Below are positions 1 to 10,201 of a stretch of 64,000 nt of DNA, piece by piece. The DNA is taken from contig CANMQO010000002.1 in NCBI GenBank assembly GCA_947500055.1, forward strand, positions 564,181 through 628,180. Reading direction: 5' to 3'. Both the position numbers and the translations under genes were made by a program. Under the pieces are notes generated by a model. That model made no database searches and was not told the origin of the DNA. It saw only the letters and a list, made by a program, of their open reading frames with translations. Numbering within the stretch: position 1 is the first letter of the stretch; each line of letters starts with the position of its first letter. This DNA is from an uncultured Rhodobacteraceae bacterium (GTDB lineage Bacteria > Pseudomonadota > Alphaproteobacteria > Rhodobacterales > Rhodobacteraceae).

Positions 1-789
1 CGAAAGGGTGTTTTGAAGGACGGATTGCAGATTGATCTGGATACGCCCGCCTACCGGTATCTGCCGGAAGCAGCCCCGCTCAGTGATCCGCGAAAAAGCC
101 GGATCACAGTTGGGCATCTTTTGTCGATGACCTCTGGCATAATTGGTGAGGACCATGGGCTGTTTGGCCTGCCAACAAACCCGGATAGTGGGCCGCTGGA
201 GCACGCCTTTGGCCATTGCGCCAATCGCTATGGACGCAGTGCTGCCACGCTGTCAGCTGAGCCGGGAACCCATTGGGAATATAGTGACCCGGCGTTTGCG
301 CATCTATCGGTCCTGTTTTCGCGACTTGCGGGCATGGAGATGGGCGCATTTATTCAACAGCGCATTTTTGCCCCGATCGGTATTGAGCACGCAAGCCTTA
401 GTGTTGTTGGCGGCGCTGGACATGTCGGTCCGCACACATGTGGCCACGTTGGGTTGGTGATATCCGCCCGTGATCTTGCCCGTTTCGGCTTGCTGGTCAG
501 CCGCAATGGTCGTTGGGGCGACGCGCAGATCATCCCGCAGTGGTGGTGCGAACTTGCGACCCAACCGTCCCAAACCCTTAACCCGGAATATGGCTATTCC
601 TGGTGGGTCAACACAACCGGAACGCATTGGCCGAAGCTGCCACGCGACACATTTGCCATGCAGGGTCACAACACCAATAAATGTTATGTCATTCCATCAC
701 TGGATTTAGTCGTCGTGAAAGTAGGTTCCGGTCCGACGCGGTGGAACGAGGGCGATTTCATCTACGGCATCGTCGATTGTTTGCGATGA
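1..789 (+). CDS. serine hydrolase / beta-lactamase-family protein, C-terminal part (5' end outside window)
   Basis: ORF track 13..789. The frame stays open back to nt 1 and the listed first codon is TTG, so the N-terminus lies upstream. Motifs HLLSMTSGI, WEYSDPAFAHL and GYSWWVN resemble the class C beta-lactamase-like / serine hydrolase family. The catalytic SxxK is not in the window. Confidence 0.7.
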   Translation, partial: RKGVLKDGLQIDLDTPAYRYLPEAAPLSDPRKSRITVGHLLSMTSGIIGEDHGLFGLPTNPDSGPLEHAFGHCANRYGRSAATLSAEPGTHWEYSDPAFAHLSVLFSRLAGMEMGAFIQQRIFAPIGIEHASLSVVGGAGHVGPHTCGHVGLVISARDLARFGLLVSRNGRWGDAQIIPQWWCELATQPSQTLNPEYGYSWWVNTTGTHWPKLPRDTFAMQGHNTNKCYVIPSLDLVVVKVGSGPTRWNEGDFIYGIVDCLR

Positions 790-853
790 TACAAAGTGAC
801 AGCAACTTGTGCCTTTACGAGGGGGTGGCTTGGACCCCAAAGCGCATAATTGA

Positions 854-1732
854 TCAAAGCCTGCTCCACTCCGCGTCGTCCATGGCATAGCGCGCGTATC
901 TGAAGTCCCGCATTCGCATGATGCCGTGCTGGTCCACCTCAAGCAAGATAAAGTAGAGAGGGCGCGTGTCGGGGCTGTTCCGGTCAAATGCAAGGATCGC
1001 GGGCCGTCCTTCCAAAAGACCGGGAACCATGTGCCAATCGGTTCGCCTGGCATAATTCTCGTAATAGCCAGAGACCAGTTCTTTGCCTTCGCGGGTCTCA
1101 ACGGACACCAATTCCAGATGCACTTCGGCGCTCAACATGTCGCGAATTCGATCAAAGTCATGTGCATTGAAGAGGTCGGCATAAAGGCGCAGCAGCTTTG
1201 ACTGCCGATCGGTCAATGTGTTTGTGGTCTTTGGTGTGATCTCTCTGGCCTTGGCAAGTTCCAAACGACCGCGATGAAGGGCAGATTTGACAGATGAAAC
1301 GCTGCTGTCCGTCAACTCGGCCACCTCCGCAGCCGAGTACCCTAATACATCGCGCAGGATCACCGTGCTGCGCTGTTTTGGCGAAAGTGAGAGATAAGGC
1401 GTCAGCGCCTCGGGCAGCTCGTCTGATGGCGCGGCTTGTTCCGTTGGTGGTAAACTGATCAGGTGCTGTTTCATTGCGACCTCCCTTTTTCGCGCGCGGA
1501 ACATGTTGAGGGCGGTGTTATGTGCAATGCGGAACAGCCATGCACGCAAGTTGTCCACTTCTGTACCATTTTGCAGTGCAATGGCGGCCGACATAAGCGC
1601 ATCTTGCAACAGATCCTCACCATCGATGACCGAGCCTGTCATCCGGGCAAGATAGCGATGCAACTCCCCGCGCAAGACGGGGAGCGCTGCTGTAAACGCC
1701 TCAAGAGCGTAGGATTCGCTGCTTTGTTTCAT
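854..1732 (-). CDS. ECF-type RNA polymerase sigma-70 family factor with NTF2/SnoaL-like C-terminal extension (SigJ/ECF41-like architecture)
   Basis: 292 aa. Region 2 (DLLQDALMSAAIAL, RAWLFRIAHNTALNMFRARKRE) and region 4 HTH (RSTVILRDVLGYSAAEVAELTDSSVSSVKSALHRGRLEL) are followed by about 120 extra residues. The start codon abuts the stop of the upstream SDR gene (1732/1733). Confidence 0.85.
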   Translation of the reverse strand: MKQSSESYALEAFTAALPVLRGELHRYLARMTGSVIDGEDLLQDALMSAAIALQNGTEVDNLRAWLFRIAHNTALNMFRARKREVAMKQHLISLPPTEQAAPSDELPEALTPYLSLSPKQRSTVILRDVLGYSAAEVAELTDSSVSSVKSALHRGRLELAKAREITPKTTNTLTDRQSKLLRLYADLFNAHDFDRIRDMLSAEVHLELVSVETREGKELVSGYYENYARRTDWHMVPGLLEGRPAILAFDRNSPDTRPLYFILLEVDQHGIMRMRDFRYARYAMDDAEWSRL

Positions 1733-2476
1733 TCAGGTCATTTGCTCCATTGCGCTGCCGGTCACGCCCCATGCGCCCGGCGCATACCCGGCTGTTGGAT
1801 CGACAAGCTCAATCATACGGTCTGCCAGCAATTCCGGGGTCAGCTGGGCATCCCATTGTCCCATGAATGCATCCTGTGAAACACCCTGCGCCGCCGCATA
1901 GGCGTTCGATGCGATGTCTGCGGTTTGCGTTCCGGCGATGAACTGTTTGGGGTAAACAGTGAAACATCGCAGTTCCAGCCCCAACCTGTCTGACTCGCGT
2001 GCCGTGTAATTGGTCAGGTAATGCTGCATGCGCTTGGCACCGGCGTATCCGCCAGAGAGCATCGAGCCACTTATGGCCGCCCCGCTGGATACGGTTACAA
2101 TCGTGCCTTTTGGCGCCATGGGCATTTCGACGGCGGCCTTGAGAAAATCAAACGTCGTCTTCGTGTCCGAATTCCAAGTCGCGCTGAAACTTTCCCAATC
2201 CTGTTCCTGAAAACTGCTCATCTTGGGGGTGATGCCCCCGGCCAACACAAGTAGGTCGGGGTTAATCTGTTTCATCAGTTCATTTGCGATCCCCGAAGCG
2301 CCATCGCCGACGTGGATCGATATGTTGGCGTGTTTCGCACCCAGCTTTTCAACATCGCCTGCAGTTCGTGCGACGGCTGTTACATTTGTTCCACCATCGG
2401 CCAGTTTGAGTGCAAGGGCATGTCCGGTTCCACGTCCTGCGCCAATGATGAGTGCGTTCTGAAAATGAATTGCCAT
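1733..2476 (-). CDS. short-chain dehydrogenase/reductase (SDR) family oxidoreductase
   Basis: 247 aa. N-terminal Rossmann motif ALIIGAGRGTGHALALKLADGG and SDR-like length. Co-directional with and abutting the ECF sigma gene. Confidence 0.85.
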   Translation of the reverse strand: MAIHFQNALIIGAGRGTGHALALKLADGGTNVTAVARTAGDVEKLGAKHANISIHVGDGASGIANELMKQINPDLLVLAGGITPKMSSFQEQDWESFSATWNSDTKTTFDFLKAAVEMPMAPKGTIVTVSSGAAISGSMLSGGYAGAKRMQHYLTNYTARESDRLGLELRCFTVYPKQFIAGTQTADIASNAYAAAQGVSQDAFMGQWDAQLTPELLADRMIELVDPTAGYAPGAWGVTGSAMEQMT

Positions 2477-2612
2477 GTGTCCGTTCCTTTTGTTTCTATT
2501 GGTAAGACACCGCAGCCCATCAAAAGGGTTCGCAATGTTCCTGAACAGATGCAGTTTCCCGACAAGTTTCGGCTCTGGACTTTCCTGCGCGGGGGACGTC
2601 AGAATTGTCGCT

Positions 2613-3389
2613 ATGAAGCAAAAGCCGGTCCAAACCTATTCCGCCCCAGCACTGGAGAAGGGACTTGATATAATCGAGTTGCTTTCGGAACAGGATGTTG
2701 GCCTGACCCAATCGGAGATTGCCCGCGCGCTGGGCCGGTCCGTCGGAGAGATTTTTCGCATGTTGATGGTCTTGCAGGATCGGGGATATGTGTCCCAGGA
2801 TCCGCTATCTGATCGCTACATACTGACCACATTCATTTTCGAAATTGCGCATCGTATCCCAATCGTCGGTCGTCTGACCGCCGCTGCCGCGCCGCTGATG
2901 CGGGATCTGACGCACAGCATCAACCAGTCGGTACATTTGACCATCCTGAGCGACAACGCGGTGTTGGTCGTCGGGCAGGCAAATTCGCCTGGAAATAACA
3001 TTATGTCGGTTCGCCTTGGTGCAAAGATCGATCTTTGGCGGGCCTCATCAGGCCGCGTGATCGTAGCCCATTTGCTGGATCAGGATGTCACGCGATTGAT
3101 GCAAGATGTGCCGGTCCCCGCCGAAACCCCGGAAAGTCAAATACGGGCCGAACTGGCAGGCATTCGTGAAACCGGGTTTGAGGTACGTGACAGTTTTGTC
3201 GTCAAGGGCGTGGTGAATATATCAGCCCCGATTATTGATCATTCGGGCCACGCCATTGCTGCGCTGACGATCCCGCATATCGAACGTTTCGATGACAAGA
3301 CCACGTTTGACCAATGCAAAACCGCGCTGGTTGCAACGGCCGCCCGCCTGAGCAAAAGCCTGGGTGGGCCACCATCCGACGTTAGCTGA
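2613..3389 (+). CDS. IclR family transcriptional regulator
   Basis: ORF 2475..3389, with internal ATG at 2613 (MKQKPVQTYSAPALEKGLDIIELL...) chosen as start. wHTH LTQSEIARALGRSVGEIFRMLMVLQDRGYV plus an IclR effector domain. The upstream 46 codons look non-coding. Confidence 0.85.
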   Translation: MKQKPVQTYSAPALEKGLDIIELLSEQDVGLTQSEIARALGRSVGEIFRMLMVLQDRGYVSQDPLSDRYILTTFIFEIAHRIPIVGRLTAAAAPLMRDLTHSINQSVHLTILSDNAVLVVGQANSPGNNIMSVRLGAKIDLWRASSGRVIVAHLLDQDVTRLMQDVPVPAETPESQIRAELAGIRETGFEVRDSFVVKGVVNISAPIIDHSGHAIAALTIPHIERFDDKTTFDQCKTALVATAARLSKSLGGPPSDVS

Positions 3390-4446
3390 GATCGAGCGGC
3401 GTGCCGGGGGTTTTCATGCTGTCAAAACAGGCTTCGACCAATGCCATCGTCTGATACGCGTCTTCGATCCCGGCAAAAAGGTGATCGTCTTCGCCAGCGT
3501 CAAATCGCTGGACATTGCGCATGGTGCCCATGAAGCTTTCGATGAACCAGCTGCCTTCGAGGGGGATTTGCTCCCAATCCCCGCCATTTTTGCAAAACCA
3601 CAATTCGTCCCCTTCGCCATTGGGGTAGTCGAAACAGACCCCAAGTTTCACCATCATCACACCATCTGTGCCTTCCAGACGGAACCAGGCGGACTGAAAC
3701 TTCCGACCGGCTTGATGGTTGTGGTTGATCGACATCGCACCGCGCAACGTGTCGCCATAATCCAGAATCACCGAGGTGCGGGTTTGCGCAAAATCCGCCG
3801 CGCGCGGGTCGCGCATTGATCGGGCGAAGACGCCCTTTGGATTGCCCGCAAGCGCACGAATTGTGTCGAGGTAATGTATCGAATGAACGGCAATCTCGAC
3901 CCGCTCCATCGGGATCAGGAAGGGAAACAGTGTCCAGGGCGTAAAGATGTTCAGGTGTACCTCAATCTCGAGCAGTTCACCGATCAGCGCCTGTTCAATT
4001 GCGGCGCGCGCCGCCATCATCATCGGTGAAAAGCGGAGTTGGAAGTTGACCGCAGCCTTGAACCCCTTGTCGCGGCAGATCCGGCGAATTGCACGAGCTT
4101 GTTCCAGGTCCGCGCCCATCGGTTTCTGGATCAGCATGGCCGCACCATCTGGCAAATCATGGAGGATGCCCGCGATGGCTTGCGGTGGTACGGCAATGTC
4201 ATAAATCACACTGGTTCCGTTGGCCTTGGCCGCAGCGTCAACGCTGTCATAGATGTTTGCGATCTGATAATCCTGCGCCAGGCTTTTTGCCCGTTCGCCA
4301 TCCAGATCGGTCACGCCCGAGACGGTCAGCCCAGCCTTGGCATAGGCTGGCATATGGGCATCACGAACAATGCCACCCGCGCCGATAATCACAATCGGTT
4401 TGGGGGCCGAAGGGGCGGGCCAGCTTTGTTGAAGGTCGGTGATCAT
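3382..4446 (-). CDS. Gfo/Idh/MocA family oxidoreductase
   Basis: ORF 3382..4488. The ATG at 4446 (MITDLQQ...) directly follows the stop of the upstream MaoC gene. Rossmann motif [18 protein letters not shown] and family-typical length. Confidence 0.85.
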   Translation of the reverse strand: MITDLQQSWPAPSAPKPIVIIGAGGIVRDAHMPAYAKAGLTVSGVTDLDGERAKSLAQDYQIANIYDSVDAAAKANGTSVIYDIAVPPQAIAGILHDLPDGAAMLIQKPMGADLEQARAIRRICRDKGFKAAVNFQLRFSPMMMAARAAIEQALIGELLEIEVHLNIFTPWTLFPFLIPMERVEIAVHSIHYLDTIRALAGNPKGVFARSMRDPRAADFAQTRTSVILDYGDTLRGAMSINHNHQAGRKFQSAWFRLEGTDGVMMVKLGVCFDYPNGEGDELWFCKNGGDWEQIPLEGSWFIESFMGTMRNVQRFDAGEDDHLFAGIEDAYQTMALVEACFDSMKTPGTPLDLS

Positions 4447-4895
4447 TTTGATGGCTCCTTCATTTCGACAAGCAGGATATGTTCGCAATACATGACTGTG
4501 CTGCCGTCCTGTTTCTTAGTCTCGGTAATCTCGACCACTTTGCCAAATCCTTTGCGTTTGGGATCGGGGGTCATCTCACCGATGGTCACGATGGTATGGA
4601 TCGTATCACCGATATGCACGGGCGTGGGAAATCGCAGCCTTTCATACCCGTAGGTGAATGCGCGCGGGTTGATCTGCGTTGCGGTCAGCCCGACGCCGAT
4701 TGCAAAGGTCATTGTGCCATGGGCGATGCGCTGTCCGAAGGCCTGGCTGGCGCACCATTCGGCATTCATGTGGTGCGGAAAGAAGTCACCGGTATGGCCA
4801 GCATGTACGACAATGTCCGTCTCCGTGATCGTGCGGCCCAAGGTTTTGCGCATCGCACCCGGCTCGTAATCCTCAAAGAATTGAACTTTTTCCAT
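4443..4895 (-). CDS. MaoC family (hotdog-fold) dehydratase
   Basis: 150 aa. FEDYEPG...[25 protein letters not shown] is typical of MaoC-like enoyl-CoA hydratase/dehydratase. Confidence 0.85.
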   Translation of the reverse strand: MEKVQFFEDYEPGAMRKTLGRTITETDIVVHAGHTGDFFPHHMNAEWCASQAFGQRIAHGTMTFAIGVGLTATQINPRAFTYGYERLRFPTPVHIGDTIHTIVTIGEMTPDPKRKGFGKVVEITETKKQDGSTVMYCEHILLVEMKEPSK

Positions 4896-4964
4896 GCCTT
4901 ATCCTCCATTTGGCCTTCCTTACATTTCATATATACAAAATGATTTGACATATGAAAAGTATGG

Positions 4965-5540
4965 ATGCTACGACTCTTAAATCAGCTCAACTGGGGGTGC
5001 GCGCTGTTGGCACAGATTGGTACTCATAAACGCGGGCTGCCGGGGCTGCCCGATGAGCACGCCGACGTCCCTGTCTGGAATGCCGAGAACTGGTATTTTG
5101 AAGACTTTGAAGTTGGCGACAAAATCCGGTCGATCCGGCGCACGATTTCCGAAGGGGAATCGATGCTATTCAACAGCCTCGTGATGGATCACCACCCCTA
5201 TGTCAGCGATCAGGAATTCGCCGCCGAGGAGGGTGTCTTTGGCAGGCGGCTGGTGGCGGGGGCGATGGTGTTTTCCTACGGGTTGGGGCTTGTGGCAACG
5301 AACTGTCTGAACTCGTTCTCATACGGCTATGACCGTCTGCGGTTCATAAAACCGGTGTTCATCGGCGATACGATCTACACGATCCGTGAGAACCTCTCGA
5401 AAGAGCCCAAGGACGCGAAGATGGGCAAGGTTCGGGTCAGCTACTCTGTCTACAAGGGCGAAGGGGAACTGGCGCTTTATTGCGAACACCTGATGACGGC
5501 GTTCTATCGCGATCCGCCGGAGGCGCGCGATGACAGCTAA
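4965..5540 (+). CDS. MaoC-like (hotdog-fold) dehydratase; start codon uncertain
   Basis: 191 aa. [43 protein letters not shown] is a MaoC signature. The first ~45 aa are not family-like, so the true start may be further downstream. Confidence 0.7.
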   Translation: MLRLLNQLNWGCALLAQIGTHKRGLPGLPDEHADVPVWNAENWYFEDFEVGDKIRSIRRTISEGESMLFNSLVMDHHPYVSDQEFAAEEGVFGRRLVAGAMVFSYGLGLVATNCLNSFSYGYDRLRFIKPVFIGDTIYTIRENLSKEPKDAKMGKVRVSYSVYKGEGELALYCEHLMTAFYRDPPEARDDS

Positions 5541-6669
5541 GGTCACATTGCGTGGGATGACATGGGATCACAGCCGGGGCGTGGACCCGATGCTTGCGAC
5601 CTCCGCCCAATTCGCAAGGGACAATCCCGGGGTCGAGATTATCTGGGAGAAGCGATCCCTTCAGGCCTTTGCTGACCGGCCTATCGGCGAGATGGCAGCG
5701 CAGTATGACCTTATGGTCATTGACCACCCACATGTGGGTGAGGTTGCCGGGTCAGGGCAGTTGGTTGCGTTTGATACTCTGGGGCGCCCCGATGATCTAA
5801 CAAAACTTGAAGCCCAATCAGTGGGCGCGTCGCATTCATCCTATGAATTTGATGGCCACCAGTGGGGGCTGGCGATTGATGCGGCAACGCCTGTTGCGTC
5901 GTTTCGGCCTGACCTTCTGGAGGCGGCCCCGTCACGCTGGGACGCGGTTATGACCCTTGCAAGAGCGGGGAAAGTCGCGCTTGCCCTGATCCCGATCAAC
6001 ACGCTGATGACATTCTTTGGATTGGCCCGGAATCAAGGTTTTGCCGTGGCAGAGGACCCCGAAAGATTGATGAACCGGGCCGAGGCGGTGGTGACGTTGG
6101 AAATGATGGTTGAATTGGCGGCTGCGGTTGATCCACGCTGTTTGACGCTGGACCCGATTGGCGTGCTGGAATGGATGGGTCGTACGGCGGACGCACCGGC
6201 CTACTGCCCGTTTGGCTACGGCTACACCAACTATAGCCGCGATGGTTATTGCCGGTTCCCGCTCGTCTTTGCTGATGCCCCCGGTGTGGGTAACAACGGC
6301 CCAGGTGGCACGGTTATCGGTGGGACAGGTATCGCAATTTCAAGCCAGTGCAAACATATCGACCTGGCCGCCGATTATGCGTTCTGGATCGCCGGTGATG
6401 CCTGCCAGACGGGCCTGTTTTTTGAAAGCGGCGGCCAGCCCGGCAATGCCGCAGCTTGGGAAGCCGACAGCACCAATGCAGCGACACGCGACTTTTTCCG
6501 CAACACCCGCAAGACGCTGGAAACATCATGGCTGCGTCCCAGATACGACGGCTACATGGGTTTTCAGGATCGCGGGGGCGATATCCTGCATGCCTGCTTG
6601 CGTGGTCAGGCGACGATTGCGCAAACCCTTGATACGCTTGATGCCGCCTATCGCGAGAGCCGGGCATGA
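5530..6669 (+). CDS. solute-binding-protein-fold protein without signal peptide (cytoplasmic SBP-like)
   Basis: 379 aa. N-terminus [22 protein letters not shown]...[14 protein letters not shown] resembles a family-1 extracellular solute-binding protein but has no hydrophobic leader. Overlaps both neighbours (5530/5540 and 6666/6669). Confidence 0.65.
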   Translation: MTAKVTLRGMTWDHSRGVDPMLATSAQFARDNPGVEIIWEKRSLQAFADRPIGEMAAQYDLMVIDHPHVGEVAGSGQLVAFDTLGRPDDLTKLEAQSVGASHSSYEFDGHQWGLAIDAATPVASFRPDLLEAAPSRWDAVMTLARAGKVALALIPINTLMTFFGLARNQGFAVAEDPERLMNRAEAVVTLEMMVELAAAVDPRCLTLDPIGVLEWMGRTADAPAYCPFGYGYTNYSRDGYCRFPLVFADAPGVGNNGPGGTVIGGTGIAISSQCKHIDLAADYAFWIAGDACQTGLFFESGGQPGNAAAWEADSTNAATRDFFRNTRKTLETSWLRPRYDGYMGFQDRGGDILHACLRGQATIAQTLDTLDAAYRESRA

Positions 6670-7850
6670 AGGTCTTGCCGCAGTCCGAACGCCCGCTGGA
6701 TGGGCTGGTTGTGGTGGATTTCAGCCAGTTTCTGTCAGGGCCGCTTTGCGGACTGAAGCTCGCTGATCTTGGTGCACGGGTGATCAAGGTCGAACGCCCC
6801 GGCGTTGGGGATCTTTGTCGTAGCCTGTACCTGTCGGACACCGACATTGATGGCGCAAATTCGCTGTTTCACGCAATCAATCGCAACAAGGAAAGCATAA
6901 CGGCAGATCTGCGAAACGAGGATGATCGTGCCGCTTTGGTGGCATTGATCAAGACCGCTGATGTCGTGATCCAGAACTTCCGTCCCGGCGTGATCGAGCG
7001 GCAGGGGTTCGGGTACGAAGATGTCAAAGCCATCAATTCGCGGATCGTCTATGGCAGCATCTCTGGCTACGGAGAGGACGGCCCGTGGAAGGATTTGCCG
7101 GGGCAGGATTTGCTGGCGCAGGCCCGGTCGGGGCTGTTGTGGCTGACCGGTAATGCTGATGATGCGCCGATGCCCATGGGATTGGCGGTGGCCGATATGC
7201 TGGCGGGCAATGCGCTGGCACAGGGTATTCTTGCGGCCTTGGTTGGTCGTGGCATTCACGGGCGGGGCGCGCTGATCCAGACCAGTCTTTTGGAAGCGAT
7301 GATCGACTTTCAGTTCGAAGTTTTATCCACCCATTTGAATGACGGTCAGCGCCTGCCGGAACGCAGTGGCGTGAACGGCGCCCATGCATATCTGGGCGCC
7401 CCTTACGGGGTTTATCAGACCAAGGACAGCTATCTGGCATTGGCAATGACGCCGTCGCTTGAGGTTCTCGCTAACCTGTTGGGTGTCGCGGGGCTTGAGC
7501 GTTACTACGATGATCCGGCAGCGATGATGACGGAGCGTGACGCGATCAAAACAATCTTTGCAGCCCAACTGGTTACGCAGACAACGGCCGATTGGCTGGC
7601 GGTCCTGCAACCGGCGGATATCTGGTGTTCGGAAGTGCTCAACTGGTCGCAGATGCGCGCCACGGATGCCTACCAGAGGCTTGATCTGGAACAGACGATT
7701 TTGCGGAACGGCACGGTGCGGCTTGAGACATTGCGCGCGCCGATCCGTGTGAATGGAGCGACGCTGAAATCTGCGCGCGCAGCACCCGCACTTGGTCAGG
7801 ATACGGCACGTGTGCTGACCCCCAAAAGGCCGCAAAACGCGGCGCAATGA
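6666..7850 (+). CDS. CaiB/BaiF family III CoA-transferase
   Basis: 394 aa. PLDGLVVVDFSQFLSGPLCGLKLADLGARVIKVERPGVGD is the classic family III CoA-transferase N-terminus. Confidence 0.85.
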   Translation: MKVLPQSERPLDGLVVVDFSQFLSGPLCGLKLADLGARVIKVERPGVGDLCRSLYLSDTDIDGANSLFHAINRNKESITADLRNEDDRAALVALIKTADVVIQNFRPGVIERQGFGYEDVKAINSRIVYGSISGYGEDGPWKDLPGQDLLAQARSGLLWLTGNADDAPMPMGLAVADMLAGNALAQGILAALVGRGIHGRGALIQTSLLEAMIDFQFEVLSTHLNDGQRLPERSGVNGAHAYLGAPYGVYQTKDSYLALAMTPSLEVLANLLGVAGLERYYDDPAAMMTERDAIKTIFAAQLVTQTTADWLAVLQPADIWCSEVLNWSQMRATDAYQRLDLEQTILRNGTVRLETLRAPIRVNGATLKSARAAPALGQDTARVLTPKRPQNAAQ

Positions 7851-7876
7851 CGGTCACATATCCGAGGGAGGACACA

Positions 7877-9208
7877 ATGACCAAAATGACATTCAGAAAG
7901 CTACTCGCCGCGACAGCGCTGACGGGCATCACGGCCACGGCTGTGGTGGCGGAGGAAGTGGATTACGGCAAATTCGACGGCTACACCTTGCGTGTAAAGC
8001 TGATCGGTGGCGCCCAATATGAGCCGCTTTATGCCCGCATCGCAGAGTGGGAAGCGATGACTGGCGCAACCGTTGATGTGCTGTCACGCAAGAACCATTT
8101 TGAACTGGATCGCGAGATCAAGCAGGATATTGCGGCTGGCACATTGGATTGGTGCGTGGGGTCAAACCATACCAGCTTTGCCCCGCAATATGGGTCCATC
8201 TACATCGACCTGAATGGGGTGATTGCAGATGCCACATTGGCCGAATTTCAGGCGCTTGCGCTGGAAAACTCCACCGTGGACGGGCGTCTGGTGCAGTTGC
8301 CGCGTCATTCGGACATCTCGAACCTTTACTATATCAAGTCACTGTTCGAGGACGCCGATAATCAGGCCAAGTTCGAGGCTGAATATGGCTATGCCCTGAC
8401 CCCCCCGGAAACCTGGGATCAGGTCAAGGATCAGGCGATGTTCTTTGCCGACGCGCCAACATTCTATGGCACACAGTTTGTCGGTAAGGACGAAGCCATC
8501 ACAGGGCGCTTTTATGAGCTGCTTGTCGCGAATGGTGGTGCCCTGTTTGACGAAGACTGGAACCCCACCTTCAATTCCGAGGCAGGCGTTGAGGCGGTCA
8601 ACTTCTTCAAGGATCTCTATGAAGCGCAGGCTGTTCCAGCCGGTTCGTTGAACTATCTTTGGGATGATACCGGACTTGGCTTTGCCTCTGGCACCGTTGC
8701 GATCAACCTTGATTGGGCCGGTTGGGCGTCTTTCTTCAATGATCCGGAAAATTCAAAAATTGCCGGTGATATCGGCCTTGTCCGAGCGCCAAAAGGATCT
8801 GCTGGCATTCGCACCGGCTGGTCGGGCAGTCACTCGTTTTCGATCACCGAATCCTGCGACAATACTGACGCCGCTGCGTCTTTCGTGACATTCCTGACAA
8901 GCCACGAAAGCCAGATGGTTGAGGCGACAGCAGGATTGCTGCCGACCCGGGCTGCTGTTTGGGATGATGCCAAGGCGCAGTTTACGGCTGATGGCAACGA
9001 CTTCCTTGTCGAGGTTTTCGAAACCTACGCGGTTTCAATGGCCGAGGATGCGTTTACACCACCGCTGATCACCCCTTGGATCGAGGTTTCGAACGAAATC
9101 TGGCCACAGCTTCAGGCGGCAATTCTGGGTGAAAAGACACCGCAAGAGGCGCTTGATGAAGCCGCAGACGCTGCGCGGATTGTCATGGAAGACGCCGGTT
9201 ACCTCTAA
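7877..9208 (+). CDS. sugar ABC transporter substrate-binding protein (CUT1-type)
   Basis: ORF 7847..9208. ATG at 7877 is preceded by GAGGGAGGA. Signal peptide MTKMTFRKLLAATALTGITATAVVA, with SBP family-1-like length and sequence. Confidence 0.85.
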   Translation: MTKMTFRKLLAATALTGITATAVVAEEVDYGKFDGYTLRVKLIGGAQYEPLYARIAEWEAMTGATVDVLSRKNHFELDREIKQDIAAGTLDWCVGSNHTSFAPQYGSIYIDLNGVIADATLAEFQALALENSTVDGRLVQLPRHSDISNLYYIKSLFEDADNQAKFEAEYGYALTPPETWDQVKDQAMFFADAPTFYGTQFVGKDEAITGRFYELLVANGGALFDEDWNPTFNSEAGVEAVNFFKDLYEAQAVPAGSLNYLWDDTGLGFASGTVAINLDWAGWASFFNDPENSKIAGDIGLVRAPKGSAGIRTGWSGSHSFSITESCDNTDAAASFVTFLTSHESQMVEATAGLLPTRAAVWDDAKAQFTADGNDFLVEVFETYAVSMAEDAFTPPLITPWIEVSNEIWPQLQAAILGEKTPQEALDEAADAARIVMEDAGYL

Positions 9209-9283
9209 GACCTCCCTGAACTGGCGCGGGCGGGCGATTGCCCGCGCCATTTTTTCGAAACGTTATCCGAAGGCAGCCGCGTT

Positions 9284-10201
9284 ATGGCCAACAAGCGTCC
9301 CCCGTTTTGGCAACGGGAACAATACACACCGTTTCTGTTGCTGCTTCCCGCAGTTTTGACGCTGTTGTTTGTGGTGCTGTTGCCGCTGCTTTTCTCGCTT
9401 TACACGAGCTTTACCGGTTACCGCCTGATCCGCCCCGAAAGCCTGTGGCAATGGGTCGGTCTGCGCAACTACAAACGCATATTCGCGGATGGCGATTTCT
9501 GGGTAGCCTTTGGCCGCACGATTATTTTCCTGACCATTGCGCTGAACCTTGAATTTCTATTGGGACTGGGCATCGCGCTGCTGATCAACAAGATCACGTG
9601 GGGCCAGCGCACCCTTCGCACGATCATGATGTTTCCGATGATGTTTTCCCCGATCCTGGTCGGCTATCAGTTCAAGTTTGTCTTTAACGACAACATTGGC
9701 ATCCTGAATAATGCGCTTCAGGCGTTGGGGCTGAGTGACGGGGCGATCCCCTGGCTGGTGGACAAATATCTGGCCAATTTCTCGATCATTTTTGCCGAAG
9801 TGTGGATGAGCACATCTGTCTTTGCGATTCTGTTGCTCGCTGGGTTGTTCGCCATGCCGCGTGATCCGCTCGAGGCGGCCAAAGTTGACGGGTGTAATCC
9901 CTGGCAGGTTTTCCGACACATCACGCTGCCATTCCTGATGCCCTTTGTCTTTATCGCCATGACAATCCGAAGTCTTGATGTCGCACGCGCCTATGACATC
10001 GTGGACGTGATGACAGGCGGCGGCCCCGCTGGCCGGACCGAGCTGTTGTGGACGATGATTGCACGGGTTGGATACGACAACGCGCGGATGGGGCAGGCCA
10101 ATGCGATGGCCTATGTGTCGATCCTGCTGTCCATCGCCTTTACCTACTATTTCTTTACCAAGCTGCTCGCAGCCCGAAAATACATGGGGGGTGCAGAGTG
10201 A
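9284..10201 (+). CDS. sugar ABC transporter permease
   Basis: 305 aa with multiple TM segments. EAA-loop-like LEAAKVDGCNPWQVFRHITLP. Confidence 0.9.
   Translation: MANKRPPFWQREQYTPFLLLLPAVLTLLFVVLLPLLFSLYTSFTGYRLIRPESLWQWVGLRNYKRIFADGDFWVAFGRTIIFLTIALNLEFLLGLGIALLINKITWGQRTLRTIMMFPMMFSPILVGYQFKFVFNDNIGILNNALQALGLSDGAIPWLVDKYLANFSIIFAEVWMSTSVFAILLLAGLFAMPRDPLEAAKVDGCNPWQVFRHITLPFLMPFVFIAMTIRSLDVARAYDIVDVMTGGGPAGRTELLWTMIARVGYDNARMGQANAMAYVSILLSIAFTYYFFTKLLAARKYMGGAE

Noticed and set aside
2475-2612. Longer N-terminal extensions suggested by the ORF track for several genes: 2475, 3382..4488, 7847, 10048, 15709, 16472, 23170, 34839..37262, 39313, 39744, 44959..45909, 61362..62336, 62505..63455.
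   Set aside because: The internal starts give family-typical N-termini. They also remove overlaps with upstream genes or coincide with RBS-like sequences or stop/start coupling. The extensions are Arg/Cys/Pro-rich and do not look coding.
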